Assembly (NCBI GenBank): GCA_001938485.1
Contig: MQRK01227869.1
Coordinates: 1-64,000 of the forward strand
Direction: 5' to 3'
From: Girardia tigrina
Lineage: Eukaryota
DNA length: 64,000 bases
Below the pieces are notes generated by a model that ran no database searches, was not told where the DNA came from, and worked only from the letters and a program-made list of their open reading frames with translations. Of the stretch, positions 12,910 to 25,685 are shown piece by piece (position 1 is the first letter of the stretch; each line of letters opens with the position of its first letter). Position numbers and translations under genes: made by a program.

Positions 12910-13665
12910 ATTGTAAAATATAGATGAAAAAATCCGAAAAATAAACCATCAAGCTAAATTTGCCTATCAATCAGTCAACTTTAAAAGCGTTAATAACCCT
13001 CAACTTTAAAAGCGACCGCAACTAAAAATCATACTTACTCAAGTCATATATCGATGAAAGTTAAAGTTCCATTTAATTGATTTCTAAATAAAGCTCATTA
13101 TACCCGATCCCTAGAGGGAATCATTTTACCAAAGATACCTATTTAATTTGCCGACTTAACTTACATAGTTTTAACACTAGAGGTTCCTGGTATTGGAGAC
13201 CTGCTGCAGATATCGGTACAGCTTGAAAAGAAATTTATAACTACTCCATAAATTTTGGAATTTTCGTAATACGTGTAAAGAGTGTAATGCCACATACATT
13301 GAAGAGATTTTACGTCCTCTCTGTAAAAGATTTTAGGAACACAATCTTAATAAAAGTGGGCATAGAAAACATAGTAAAGGGGACATAAATACCCATAACT
13401 TTAAAATACTGTGCAATCAAATTAAGAATTATAGGGAGATAGTGACATGTAAGGCGTTATAAATAGGATCTTTTAGTCCTAAAATTAACGTTCAAAATGC
13501 ACTCTCGAAAACTTTATTTAGGGCTTTTTAATGATTTATTGATGACTCATTGATCGTAAAATCATTACCGACAATATATAAGCAACCGTCTTTTATAAGT
13601 CATTTATTCTGAATATAATGGTTAAACCATCGAAATTAATAGACAATTTAATAAATTTAATTGCC
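12910..13665 (+). mobile_element. Penelope-like element GIY-YIG endonuclease remnant with degenerate hammerhead
   Basis: TCKECNATYIEEILRPLCKRF*EH...FKILCNQIKNYREIVTCKAL*I...PKINVQ; CTGAATA-T-AATGG-TTAAA-CCATC-GAAA at 13609-13635. Confidence 0.7.
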
Positions 13666-16189
13666 ATTTTGTTTATTTTTTTTTACAATTTTTATTTAAT
13701 TAATAATTTTATTATAGTTACGTTAACGTAAAATTATATTTATGATTCCTGTAAGCAATGGAGGGAGGATTTCATAAATAATAATAATTTATTAAATGAA
13801 TTAAAACTTTTTAGTGTCGTCTGAAATATCGTCGAAAAACTCGTTTTGAAGGATCCTGCATTAATACAATATGCAAAAATGATAAAACGAGAAGGATGAT
13901 ATTATATAAGATGATAAGATATCCCATTTCTTTAAATTCAATTATTTCTAAAATTTATTTTATATGATGTTAGATTTGATGATAAAAAATTATATATAAA
14001 ATAATATTTTCAAAATAGAATACTTCTTCAAGACAAAATCATTAAAGAATAAGTAAGTAGAATGAGGAGGAAGTGCTCATCATGTGGCATCCAGTGAGGC
14101 TGAACGCAGTCTCAGAAACCCGCACGTGCGTCAACGTATTAATATTATCAACTATAATCGATTTAAATTATTTTTTGAAAAAAATATCATTAGTTCAGAA
14201 AGGATTAATATATAAATTATAATTTTCCTTCTTGTTTGCTAATTGATCAGTTGTTGGTTGTCATTTTTTTCTAAAAACTGAACAGACAGAGAGAAAAAAT
14301 TCCCATTTTCCAACATAAAGTTGGATACATTATCTGACACTGAAATCGTATTAAACTTTGAATGTTTTGATCAATAAAAAGATTCTGATTTTGAGATTGT
14401 TCAAATAAACTGGTGGAATTTAAATGACAATATTTCCCATGATAAAAGTATCAAATTATTTCGAATATTTACGTTATAATTTCAAAAAAATAATGTTGTT
14501 TTTTTTGTAAAAATATTTTTTATATTTAGTCCAAAAATAAAGATATTATTTTATTTATTTTTTCTGACTAATAATTTCTAAGATAAAATTTACTAATTTA
14601 TTTTTGTATTTATTTCTACTGTTTATAACAACCCCCATCAAATCTTTAAGTAAGATCCTTTCTCAAATTTGTTTGATTAATTTAAAAAAAATATAAAATT
14701 TAAACAATATTTTGAGAAAACAATCGGTCTCGATATTTTATATAAATTTAAAACCCTTCTAATTATCAAGGTAAGTCGAATTAATTAATAAAGATGACAA
14801 AAATCTTCTAAATATTTTAAGATAAGAATATGTGACGCATAACTTAATACGTCCCCAGTCAAGGTAAGAAAACAAAGGTATTTTTAGAAATGAAACTTTA
14901 TTCATCAACATAATCCGCTTGAAGAGTGACATAAGCATTTGTTGCGATCAAAACCCCGTAATATATCAGAGTAGATTATATAAAGAGAAAAACACTACAG
15001 AAAGGATACATATATTAAAAACAGTCATAAAGACATCATTGAAAGTCACAATCCATGGCCCGAACTCGTATTATAATACGCTAATAATTATTAGCGCGTT
15101 GAACCTCCTTGCAATCCGGAGCGACATTGTTGCATCGTCCTGACCTTAAACATTACAAAAATAAGTTAAAACACACAAGGTCGCGTTGGGACTCACCTGA
15201 TGGAAGAAATCGGCCATCCGGACCTCTCCAGAAAGCCCCTGTCATCTGTTACCCATAATTGTACTTCAATTCAGAACTGGGTCGTCTGACAAAAAGATAT
15301 AAAGCCCTGATATATTACAAAAAGATTATCGAAATAAAAGAAATCAATTAAAATTACCGATGATTCAACTCCAGTCTGAAAAAAATAGAATCACGCGATT
15401 ATTCATTATGAATTACTCAGTGATTAATCCAGACCACCCGTAATGGTACGATTGTTGTCACTCACTGCAGTCCGCATGCACAACATGCCCCGGCAAATAA
15501 AAAATCAGAATTAACGGTTTTAACCAATCAGAGACCCCCACGAAAAAGTACACACAACATCAAGAGAATACGATTCTATATATACAGTGGCTTGACCAGC
15601 AGGAACCAGAATAAAAATTAGAATTCATTTTGAAACAACAAAATATGAAACAACAAGAGAAACTAAGCCAGAAGACAATTACTGACGAGACGAAAAGGAT
15701 AATCCAATTTAACCAATTTAGTTCAATTTGACCTAGTTTGACAAAGCATGAGGGGCGCATGCACGGAGCGAACAAATGATCGATTGACAGAACGTATGAA
15801 AGACTAATATTTGCACACGATAGTTCAAAGTGCGATTCCTTTTCGGAAATAAGTCAAGCGCATTGCGAAAGTGATAAAGTAATAAAATAATATAATAAAT
15901 GTTTAAACAAACATGAGGAACGCACACATCAGTAGTAACTAATATTGAAAGCAATATAAATTCAGCCATGAGCGGCGCTGAGCTAGTCGGGGGGCGCACA
16001 TCCCGTCCTGGCTTAAAATGAACCTGAAGGCCCTACAAACCTTGCACTACTCGTTAGATGTCAGGCGAGAGAGAGGCGTCCGACCACCTCACAAATAAAT
16101 ATATAAAATTAGATGCGAGATATATCGGGTTGTGGTTACCCCTTAATAAACACTGGGGGCTCTTGAACTTACAAAAATGTTAATGCCGA

Positions 16190-16420
16190 AGGGGTCGTGA
16201 CACATTCAAACGGTCATTTAACTTTTCAATACCTTTTTCGTGCAATGAGTTGCTTTTGTTCTCCAAAAGACCCTCAATTTCGGCGATAACCTCTTGATTT
16301 GAGCGAAGTCTCTTACCTTGGAGTGTTTGTAAAATCAATTCTGTAGGAATCAATTCAAAATATAATTCCTTCAATTTAACCGTTTTAATCGACTAGTGGA
16401 ACGAAGCTTTGTCTTCATGA
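16190..16420 (-). pseudogene. mariner transposase C-terminal remnant (Himar1/irritans-like)
   Basis: LQGKRLRSNQEVIAEIEGLLENKSNSLHEKGIEKLNDR resembles Himar1-type LAGKKFxxNEEVIAETEAYFE...GIKKLExR. Confidence 0.75.
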
Positions 16421-17874
16421 AACAGTTCTTTTTCTTTTTGCTTTTGAGGTCGCTTTTTCTGAATTTCCACACTCAATCGTTCCAATACTGTCACACAATA
16501 TTCACTATTGATAGTTTGACTTGTCTACAGCTAGTCTATGAACAAAATAATTTGGAAGTCCCAAAATACGGATTACAAAACTTTCCAATATCTTAAATAA
16601 TAAAAATAAATTTATCCAAAGTCTTTTCAAATGTACTAATTGTTTTTTGAAAATTTCTATCAACAACGGTCACTGAGGCTTCGGTAGAAAAGAGCTTTTA
16701 CATTAAATTCACTTTTATATCAACCAGGAATGCTTTAAATCTTTTGCAATAGAAAGGAAGATCGAAAATTGCATCGATATCTACTAATTGATTGAAGATT
16801 TTGCCAATCCAAGCAAAAAAATCTTTTGAAAATCATTTTTGTGCGTGTGTTTAAGAGCTACTAACTGAAGAACGACCCTCGAAACCTTTCACAGGTTTAA
16901 TAAGATCAAATTCGCATTATGTAACTTTAGTGAACGAAAAATTGAAATAAATTTCAAATGATTGTAAAATGTTTTGAGAAATCAAGTGGGACCAAGAACA
17001 ATTTGGTAGCAAATTCAGAAGTTTGTTTGAAATATCTTCATTTAATCAAAATAGATAAAAAGTATGATATTCTTGGAGTGATAAAGATACCTTTAAGGAT
17101 CTGATCACTTAGCTGGGATTGATAACCAATTATGTGCTTAAGAGAAAAGAATAAACGCCCTCACCGATATCGCAAACTTTTAAAGTTCAGAAGAAATAGG
17201 AAGAGTGTCAATTTTACTAGAATACAGTTTTCTACAGTTTTCTACAGATTTTATGTAGAAAAATCTTTTTTTTGTTGGTATATCAAGTCTAAATACTTGT
17301 TTTCAATAATCCATTAACACATCATTGCAAATGCAAATGCCGATTAATAAGCAACAAAATATAAAAGTCATTTGTTCTTTTTCTTTCAGGATGAAATGAA
17401 AAGAGGCTTAAAAACTATAAGTACATAACAAAACAAAAATTAAATTTTTTTACAATTTTCTTAGACACGTTTATAGAGATTTATTTTAAAATATTTCTTT
17501 GAGTTTTCAATTAAAATATTAATTATTTATTTAAAAATATTTACTACTGTTTCACAAAATGTTTTTTCTTGTTAAAGGTTGAAATAGATTTCCAAATGCA
17601 CTTTCATTTATTATTAATTTTAAAAATAGTTTAAACTTTATACAAAAAATTAACATACTCAAGAGATTATAGAAAAAAAACAATAATGAAAAAATAAATA
17701 ATATTTTTGTGTGAAGCGAATTTTAAATATTTTCGTACATAAATAACATTGTAATTATAAAATACCTTATGTAAAATTGATATTACAAATACATATATTA
17801 TTAAATAATTACAATCTAAGGTGGAAAAAATTTCATATTTTAATTTTAATTTATTACGTGTCAAAATATAAATA

Positions 17875-17885
<11 letters not shown>

Positions 17886-17911
<26 letters not shown>
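17886..17911. repeat. (TA)n microsatellite
   Basis: About 13 TA units. Confidence 0.9.
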
Positions 17912-17915
<4 letters not shown>

Positions 17916-17984
17916 TTTTATATATTTATTATTATTAACGTAATTAAATACCAAAGTAAAAATGTGGAAAAAAAGAATTATTAA

Positions 17985-18250
17985 ATAAATAAAAACAAAA
18001 TTTAACAATATATTTATAGACAATATATTTCGACGGACCAACCGTCATCTTCAGGTCACTAATTAATAATTAATTCACCTGTATATAAATGCGAAAATAA
18101 TGATTGTTTAATCGATTGCATTAAATAACGCTCATCAAAATTATGAATAAATTGGTTTAAGACTGCCGATTGAACATTGAATTTAGGGCAACATGACCTA
18201 ATTAACAATGCTTCACACGGCGCTCTCACAAAATATCTATCAATAACTAT
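17985..18250 (-). mobile_element. Penelope-like element 3' end (same family as the 20-kb copies)
   Basis: EALLIRSCCPKFNVQSAV GIY-YIG C-terminus followed by a hammerhead-containing 3' region. Confidence 0.8.
18014..18062 (-). ncRNA. Minimal type I hammerhead ribozyme (PLE-associated)
   Basis: GAC-CTGAAGA-T-GACGG-TTGGT-CCGTC-GAAA-TATA-TT-GTC: intact core, stem II GACGG/CCGTC, palindromic stem III, AUU cleavage triplet, stem I GAC/GTC. Confidence 0.75.
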
Positions 18251-20029
18251 TGAGAATTGTACCTCAGTTGTTCTCTGGTAAAAACGTCATGTATAACTAG
18301 AAACAGTATGTGTTTTTTGGAAATATTCTTTGAGAGTTAAATACTTCATTTATCACTTATATTTATGAGTCAAAAAACAAAAACTTCTGAGTTGGAAAAA
18401 CTTCACAATCACCAGCTTTCATCGACGAAATCTTATTTAACATGTATTGAGACAACAATGGAGTTGTAGTCATGAATTAACATTTCTTATTGATGCCGAT
18501 TAGTACTGCAATTTAGTCTCAAAGCATGGAAAAATTTATCTGTTCACCCACCAGTCATTTTCAAGAATTTCAAGCTTACTACATTTTAAGAAACAATGTA
18601 ATGAAAAAGTTGAGATAAAAAAGTCAAAGAGTTCTTCGATTAACGCAACCTTACAGCACTGGAAGAAATGTATGAAGCAATATGATTCATACAAAAATGT
18701 AGTGTCTTTTAGGGTTTTTTGCCCGCCTTAGGGAACGGACTTATCAAGGCGTATCAAGCATTAATTCTAAGTTAGTGGTTTGAGTTAATTCTTTGTTGCT
18801 CACATACTTGTAGTTGATAACAAATTATAAAAGAAAAGATTAAAATATTTATTATAAAATGCTTTTGCAATTTTCACTATCCATCAATTATAATATCTTC
18901 CCTAGGCTATTATTTCATAAATCTGTTCTAATAATACCGACATTCGCGTGCATTTTCAGCAAATATTTATAAAATAATGAACTTTTTATTTAATTTACGA
19001 TTTCATTATAGCATATTTTCTACCGTAATCTTGAGCTTCTGTGTTAAAGTTTTATGAATTTTGTCTCTCTGAAAACGCTGTTAATTTATATTTCGTTGAC
19101 TCAATTGTTTCTAAAAATATAACTTTCCTTATTTTTCTAGTTATTTAACCAGCAAAAATAAGTATCGTCTAATTGTGTCTTACGTCGTATCTCACACATG
19201 TCCGTGATGAGAACGTGAGGCACAAACCGCCAAATTAACGTCCTTTTAACAAGATATAGAGCATGTTTTACACTGTTCCAAACCTGACATTTTAGACATT
19301 CACAAGTTGTTCCTTTCTCCCTTTTTGTTCATTTTATATAATATTCTTCAGTTTTTCTGACTTTTTTCAACCATATATTGGTAATCTCCCACATTTTTTC
19401 TCATTATGCACATTCATACTGCCGCCCTTAAATTATTTAACCCATTTGTAAGTAATAAATAAAGAGGGGTTCTTTTCACTATAGACCACCCTCAGTTGCC
19501 GCATAATTATACCGGGTTCAATTTTTCTTTGCAGTAAAAACTTAAAAAACAGTGCATTTTTCAACATCAAATATCATGGTAGCTTGAATAATCGCGAAAT
19601 ACTTCTGACGACATAGTCAAACTATAAATCAATTCCAAAATATCAACTTATAAATATGTACTTTCTTCGTATAAAAAATCAGCCTCGTACATTAATATAT
19701 AATCTACTAGTTTACGGACATTTGGACTTCACCACGTATAACCTAAGAGAGAATCAAGAGAACTATTTCCATTCTCTGAAAAGCAAATTTGACCAGAACA
19801 TTTTCATGTTGCACGTCGTTTTAAATTTAATCCATAACCTTAACCTTGGCCTTGATACTTTACGTTCCTGAAAATAACTTACATGATTTCGCTAAAATAT
19901 ACCATATTTTAAGTTTCCCAAATTGCGATTTATCATTCAGTTTATTTATTTTATGTTTTTTAATAATTTGAAAACTCAAAATTTGTAAAACCAATCCGAA
20001 TATTTTGAAATAAATGCAAAATTCGTTTA

Positions 20030-20270
20030 TTTAAACAAAATTTAATTTATTGAACACAAAACTCATCCATTAAATACATATTTAGAGACAGTATATTTCG
20101 ACGGATCTACCGTCATCTTCAGGTCACTAATTAATAATCAATTCACCTGTATATAAATACAAAAATGATGATTATGTAATCGATTGCATGAAATCATGCT
20201 AATCAAAAATTCTCAATAAGCTGGTTGAGACTGCCGATTGAACATTGATTTTAGGGCAACGTGACCTAAT
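20030..20270 (-). mobile_element. Penelope-like 3' end, left arm of an inverted pair, with hammerhead at 20082-20130
   Basis: Near-perfect reverse complement of 20490-20715; hammerhead CTGAAGA...GAAA with U16.1 changed to C. Confidence 0.8.
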
Positions 20271-20379
20271 TCGCGTTATATGATGCAGGTGGTGATTTTG
20301 TTTTCGTTTATGTTTTATCATGTCTATTAATAATTCTAATTATTTAAATAAAAGTAAATTTGTTACACTGAATAAGACA

Positions 20380-20720
20380 TTAAATTATTTAAGAAAATTA
20401 TTTGGAGTTTTTAGTTAATATTGATAATTTCAAAATTCTGTGTGAGCATTTTGCCAGTTATTGGGAGAGTGTCAAGTGAAGCATTGTTAATAAGGTCACG
20501 TTGCCCTAAAGCCAATATTCAATCGGCAGTCTCAACCAGCTTATTGAGAATTTTTGATTAGCATGATTTCGTTCAATCGATTACATAATCATCATTTTTG
20601 TATTTATATACAGGTGAATTGATTATTAATTAGTGACCTGTAGATGACGGTTGATCCGTCGAAATACATTGTCTATAAATATATTTTTTAAATGAATGAG
20701 TTTTGTTTTGAATAAAAAAT
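20380..20720 (+). mobile_element. Penelope-like 3' end, right arm of an inverted pair, with mutated hammerhead at 20631-20678
   Basis: FKILCEHFASYWESVK*SIVN / EALLIRSRCPKANIQSAV; hammerhead core reads CTGTAGA instead of CTGAAGA. Confidence 0.8.
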
Positions 20721-21719
20721 TATCATCCGGATTTCATTTTATCAAAATTTAATTTAGTTTTATTTAATAAAATTTAACTTCAGTTGAATTTCATTACAAT
20801 TTATCAAACCATTTGAAAGTTAAATTAATTAATTCGGCATTTATTTTCGGAAGGTAATATAAAGTTCTAAAATAACTTAATTTGTAATTTCCTCCATTAC
20901 ATTTACTTATAATTAAACACATCCTTAATAATATATACTAACATATTTTCTTGTTTTAATTTCATTTAAGTTTGAATTTATACAAGTAATCTGGTACATT
21001 ATACATTATTTCAAAGACGATCGAATATAATGTTTCTTTTGGATTAAAAAAAGGACAACCTTGACAAGAGTTTGCTATTTTCGGTCTGCATTAAGCTACA
21101 AATTTAAAATAATTTAATATTGCTACCTGAAATAATTGTTCAGAAGGAATTTTAAATTTAATAGTCATTTAATGATTTTAACTTTTTGTCACCGAATCTT
21201 GAACAATACAAATAAAAGAAATAATAAAGTATGGGAAATATGTTTAATTAGTAGGTTAAACTCCTGAGGGATGTGAATTCCGTAAAAACTCATGAATATT
21301 TTGTTATCACATAATTCAAGACATATGCTTTATGGTTTTCTAAGTTATCAATTTTTGTAAAGTACAAAGATCAGTCAATGATGTTTTGCCTGTTTTCCTA
21401 TATAACCTTTTTCCATTTGTTAGGGATCTCCAAAGTTCTTCGTTTATTGAAAAACTTTTCTTCATTTTAAGTGAACAATGTATTGATTTAGAGCATCATT
21501 GGAATCAAACGTTATGTTTCGCAAAGCTTTTTGAAGAACACAAAACAAATGATGCACTGAAATGCTAATGTAGGAAGGTAGGGTTGGTGTGACAGTACAA
21601 CAAAAAATTCCAATATTTTTCAGTCACGTTATATTTTAAGAAAAATAAATAAAATCTGAGCCGTTATTTGATTGCATTCACTTCAGTTTCCCGTACCTTG
21701 ATATCTATTTATCCTATAA

Positions 21720-22305
21720 TAGTAGGAAAAAAATGGGCATTCGGCCCACAACCCCCCCGGGGGAGTCAACCGTTACCATGGAAACGGTTCCAGTTACCCT
21801 AGCAACAGTTCCAGTTACCATAGCAACGGTCGCGGTTACCATTGCAACTGTCGCGAACACCATAGCTACGGTTCCGGTTAACTTGACAACGCTTCTGATT
21901 GGTTCCCGGTACCCTAGCAACGGTCGCGATCATCCAAAAACGCTTCTGATTGGTCGGTGGTCCCCTAGCAAAGGTTCTAATTGGTCCCCGGTTCCTTGGC
22001 AACGGTTTTGATTGGTTCTTGGTTCATTAGTAACGGTTTCGGATATCTTAGCAACGCTAACCAAGGTGCCGTTTACATTAGCAACGGATAAAGTGATTCA
22101 AGGTGATTGTAACCATGGTAACGGTAACCGTATCCATAGCAATCGTAGAAAAAGTGCTAATTGATCGTTGAACATTGCTTAAAAGTGCTAATCGATATTT
22201 TAAAGTGCTAATCATTACTGTACATTGTGCCGCACATTTCTAATGTGCTGGCACAGTGCTTTTTACGTTGCACATGTGCAAAAGTGCAAAAATCAATACA
22301 ATTGT
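21720..22305 (+). mobile_element. Unclassified dispersed element carrying an RFX X-box / CCAAT-box array (copy 1)
   Basis: Starts TAGTAGGAA...ATGGGCATTC as at 61269; 21-bp-period GTTACCATGGAAAC, GTTACCCTAGCAAC, GTTACCATAGCAAC, GTTACCATTGCAAC; CTGATTGG boxes; 3' GTGCT/GCAC-rich segment shared with 62300-62430. Confidence 0.7.
21772..22143. promoter_or_regulatory. Cluster of RFX X-box-like palindromes and inverted CCAAT (Y) boxes
   Basis: Matches to GTNRCC(N0-3)RGYAAC-like sites at 21772, 21793, 21814, 21835 and 22109, plus degenerate units; ATTGG boxes near 21895, 21945, 21977, 22008. Function is inferred from motif only. Confidence 0.5.
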
Positions 22306-23929
22306 TCATTATTTCTATGTACCAATTGTATACATCAAAATCGATAGGCTGGTTACTTTATAAAAGTGTGACATATACAACATCTTTCATTGATCGTTTG
22401 CGTACCATCAGTTGTAAACATTGCACTTCTCATAACTTATTTTTCTGAAGCTTTCGTTTGATTCACCTCCGTTATGTATAATAAGTATTTGGCTTATGGT
22501 CAAAGAATTGAACTTGTTGATGTAACCCAAACATCTTTCAGGGGTTGTAAACATTTGAGTGATGAATATATACCATTTTTCCGTCTCTCCAGTTATACCG
22601 TGATGGGGTGATCAGTAGGATCAAAGCGAATGAGTCAATTTCTTCTCAAAGTCAACCTATGTTACCTGTAGACAAAATGCTTCATTCCTTTTTCGACAAG
22701 TAAATAATATTGAGAAACTTCTACAAAAATCTATTGAGATGAGATATAGTTTTAGTAAAAATAATATCTTTCTAATAAACTAGATTTTTTTAACAGAAAT
22801 TAAACTATTTTATAAAAATATTATTCCATGTTTTTAATAAAATTTAGTACTATAACCACAAAAAATATTATCAAATTAACTTTGATCATAGTAAAAAATT
22901 ATCTTAATGAAAACACGTATTTTAAAATATTTTAATAATTATTCTAATTATTATTATAATTACAGAAAAAATAAATATGGATTTTTATAAATTAATATAA
23001 TTATTAATGATTATCATATTACGTATTTGTTTTCTAATTATAAAATAAAAAAATTAAATATGTATGAAAAATAAATGAAAAAAAGCATTTCAGGTGGGTA
23101 ATCTTTTATTACTAAAAACTGACATAAAAGTTCCTTAAAAAAGACATAAAAATAATGAATATTTATTATATAATAAAATGTTTTTTCTTTTATTTATAAA
23201 ATGACAACATAAATGGGAACTAAATTTTTAAAAACTAGTAATAATTTTTGTAAATTAAATTTTCAACAATTGAAAAAAGCAATTTTACTGTAAAACTTAT
23301 TTAATAATAAAAATTAATTAAAAAACACAATTCCATTAAAAACAAATTGTAATAAATTATGGCTTCTGTAAAAACTAATTTCGATTTTCACTCAATATTT
23401 ATTGGAGAAACATCAACCTTTATCAAACAAAAATATTTTCCCCTTCAGCCCTTTTGAATCGATTTATATTTCCTATTAAAAAAAGGACAACAATAAAATT
23501 AGTTATTTTATTTACTTTAAGTCAACATAAATAATAATTAAAACCAAAAAAATGGTTTTTTATCCAACTTAATTATGCCATTTGTAATAATTTATAAATA
23601 ATTGTATTTTTTCATCATTATTTGTCATAAAACTATTATAATTCTGTGGTGATCGACATTTTCGGTCAGTCGAAAAATTCAATATTAACTTACAAAAATA
23701 TTTAAATTTTTTAAAATTAACTAAATGAAATAAATATGACAGATATGATACAATACAATTTATATTAACTTAATACGTGTGATTTGAAAATATAAATGTC
23801 TTGCTGTAATTTTGTGGATTCCGATCAAATAAAATGATTTATGATGAATTGTTTCGTCTTATTTTCCTGGAAACCGAACTTGTCAGTAACTGTTTCACAT
23901 TTGCTGTGTTGTCGGTACGACTAATGTTT

Positions 23930-24120
23930 ACTTACACGATACGAGTCGTTACAGCCCACTCTCTCCATGGATCGGTCCGACTGAGCTCGTCAGGGACACA
24001 CGTCTTCTGCATGCCGCATCTCAACTCGCGGTCGGTACTAACCCGATCCGGCGGCACCTCCCAGAAGCTCAAACGTCTGGGTCATCCTCATGCGGACACA
24101 CGCTCTAGGTTCCTAACCTA
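23930..24120 (-). pseudogene. Possible decayed 3' end of an RTE-like non-LTR retrotransposon
   Basis: GC-rich patch; mixed minus frames give VRM...LLG...RPR...D..WR, a loose match to the RTE tail GHV.RM...LL.G...GRP...DR..WR. Confidence 0.3.
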
Positions 24121-24726
24121 AATTGTTTTCTGAATTTATGTCTCCTTAACAATGTCTTCATTTCCTACGACGTTACTTCAACCTTCATTACGACTGTTGA
24201 ATGTTGATCGTGTGTAATATATATTTATTTGTTATATTTTTTATTTTTGCTTTATTTTTTGGCCTGATTGATGAGGGTAAAGATTAGTCAAAGAAAAAGA
24301 AAATGATATTCAAGAAAGAAAGACAAAGACCGTGGAAAAAACTCCCCGTTCCTCTTAATATTTTATAATAATTATAATAATATGATATTCAAATTTGAAA
24401 TATCATTGATTATTAAATGTTTAGAGTTAAAAATAAATGCAACAATTATGAATAATTCTGATGATGCATTATTTATCCATGATTTTTGACTTTTTATTTT
24501 TTATTTCAATCCTATCCAAAGGAGTCCATATTTTATCTTAGACAAGATTTTATTAATTTGTCAAGAGAACATCATAACTGAAGTAATATACTGTTTTATT
24601 CGTCAACTTTTTAAAAGAAAAAATTTTTTTGTCATACAATTTTGTTTGTTGTCATCCATTCTAATACAATTCCTGTAATTAATAGTTTTTTTTGCGAAAT
24701 TATATTATATAATTGTTCATTCAGTT

Positions 24727-25187
24727 TGTTAAGAGAACTCACACATTTGACAAAACATTTATTACATTCACATTTCTTATCATCTTTATGATGATCAATA
24801 GTAATGCTTTCACTAGAATCCATTAATCAATTTTCAATATCTCCCATTATAATCTGAACTATACTTAATAAGATTATTTTATTTAAAAATATTTAATTTA
24901 AATTTGATTGGCTAAAATAAAATATTTTTATAGACATTTTTAAACATTAATTTGATTTTAATTATATAAAAATTTACAAAAATAAAATCATTAAAATTAT
25001 TTAAAAGTTGCAATAATAAAAACCAAAAATTTGAATATTAAATCTAAATTTAAATAAATTAGTTTCAGATTATAAAAATTAAATATTGACAATCCATCTG
25101 GTTAGGAGAGGCACAATCCCAAATCAACATACACATTTAAACATGCAAACACTACAAAAAACAATTATACACCAAATATTCCTCACA
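24727..25187 (-). mobile_element. Solo LTR, gypsy family B (TG...CA)
   Basis: Reverse complement of 9279-9725; TSD CAGTT at 24722-24726 and 25188-25192. Confidence 0.9.
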
Positions 25188-25194
25188 CAGTTTA

Positions 25195-25685
25195 TTATGG
25201 GTTAATTTAAATTTGTATTTCGCCAAAATAGTTTATTATTTTTTTAATTTAAAATTTTAAAAAAAGTAAATAAATACAAAAGTGTAAAATTAAAATAAGG
25301 AAAATAATAAAAATTAAATACTTATTTAAAAATAAAAATATGCTTATTTTAATATGTTTATTAAATATTTTAAAATTAAAAATGATATAATTAAGAAAAC
25401 CATTAAAGATTAAATACTTATTTAAAAATAAAAATATTTTTAGTCATAACAATAAAATTTATGAAATAATTTTAAATAAATTTTAAAATAACTTTATAGT
25501 TTTAATGTAAAAAATATTTAATGAATTTAAAGTTTAAAAAATTAACTAAATTTTAAAAATTGAATCAAAAGAAAACTTTAATAGATTAATTTTTGGCGAG
25601 GTAATTGAATTAATAAGACATTTGTTTAAATATGTGAATTGTTGTTATAAATAAAAATTGTGGTGTTGAATTATGAATTTTGATT
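25195..25685 (-). mobile_element. Second copy of the AT-rich repeat at 5970-6710
   Basis: TGGCGAGGTAATT...TTTGTTTAAATATGTGAATTGTTGTTATA matches the reverse complement of 5990-6065. Confidence 0.6.

Noticed and set aside
14640-16090. GC-richer region with several GTAAG donors and faint LINE-endonuclease-like wording (DISICCDQN)
   Set aside because: Too decayed to assign; one candidate intron would be only ~24 nt.
19090-19870. Possible piggyBac C-terminal Cys-rich or helicase remnant on the minus strand
   Set aside because: Only isolated C..C motifs; no convincing continuous alignment.
21714-22011. Thr/Val/Ala-rich ORFs resembling antifreeze or mucin repeats
   Set aside because: By-product of the 21-bp palindromic DNA repeat; frames are open on both strands and not conserved in copy 2.
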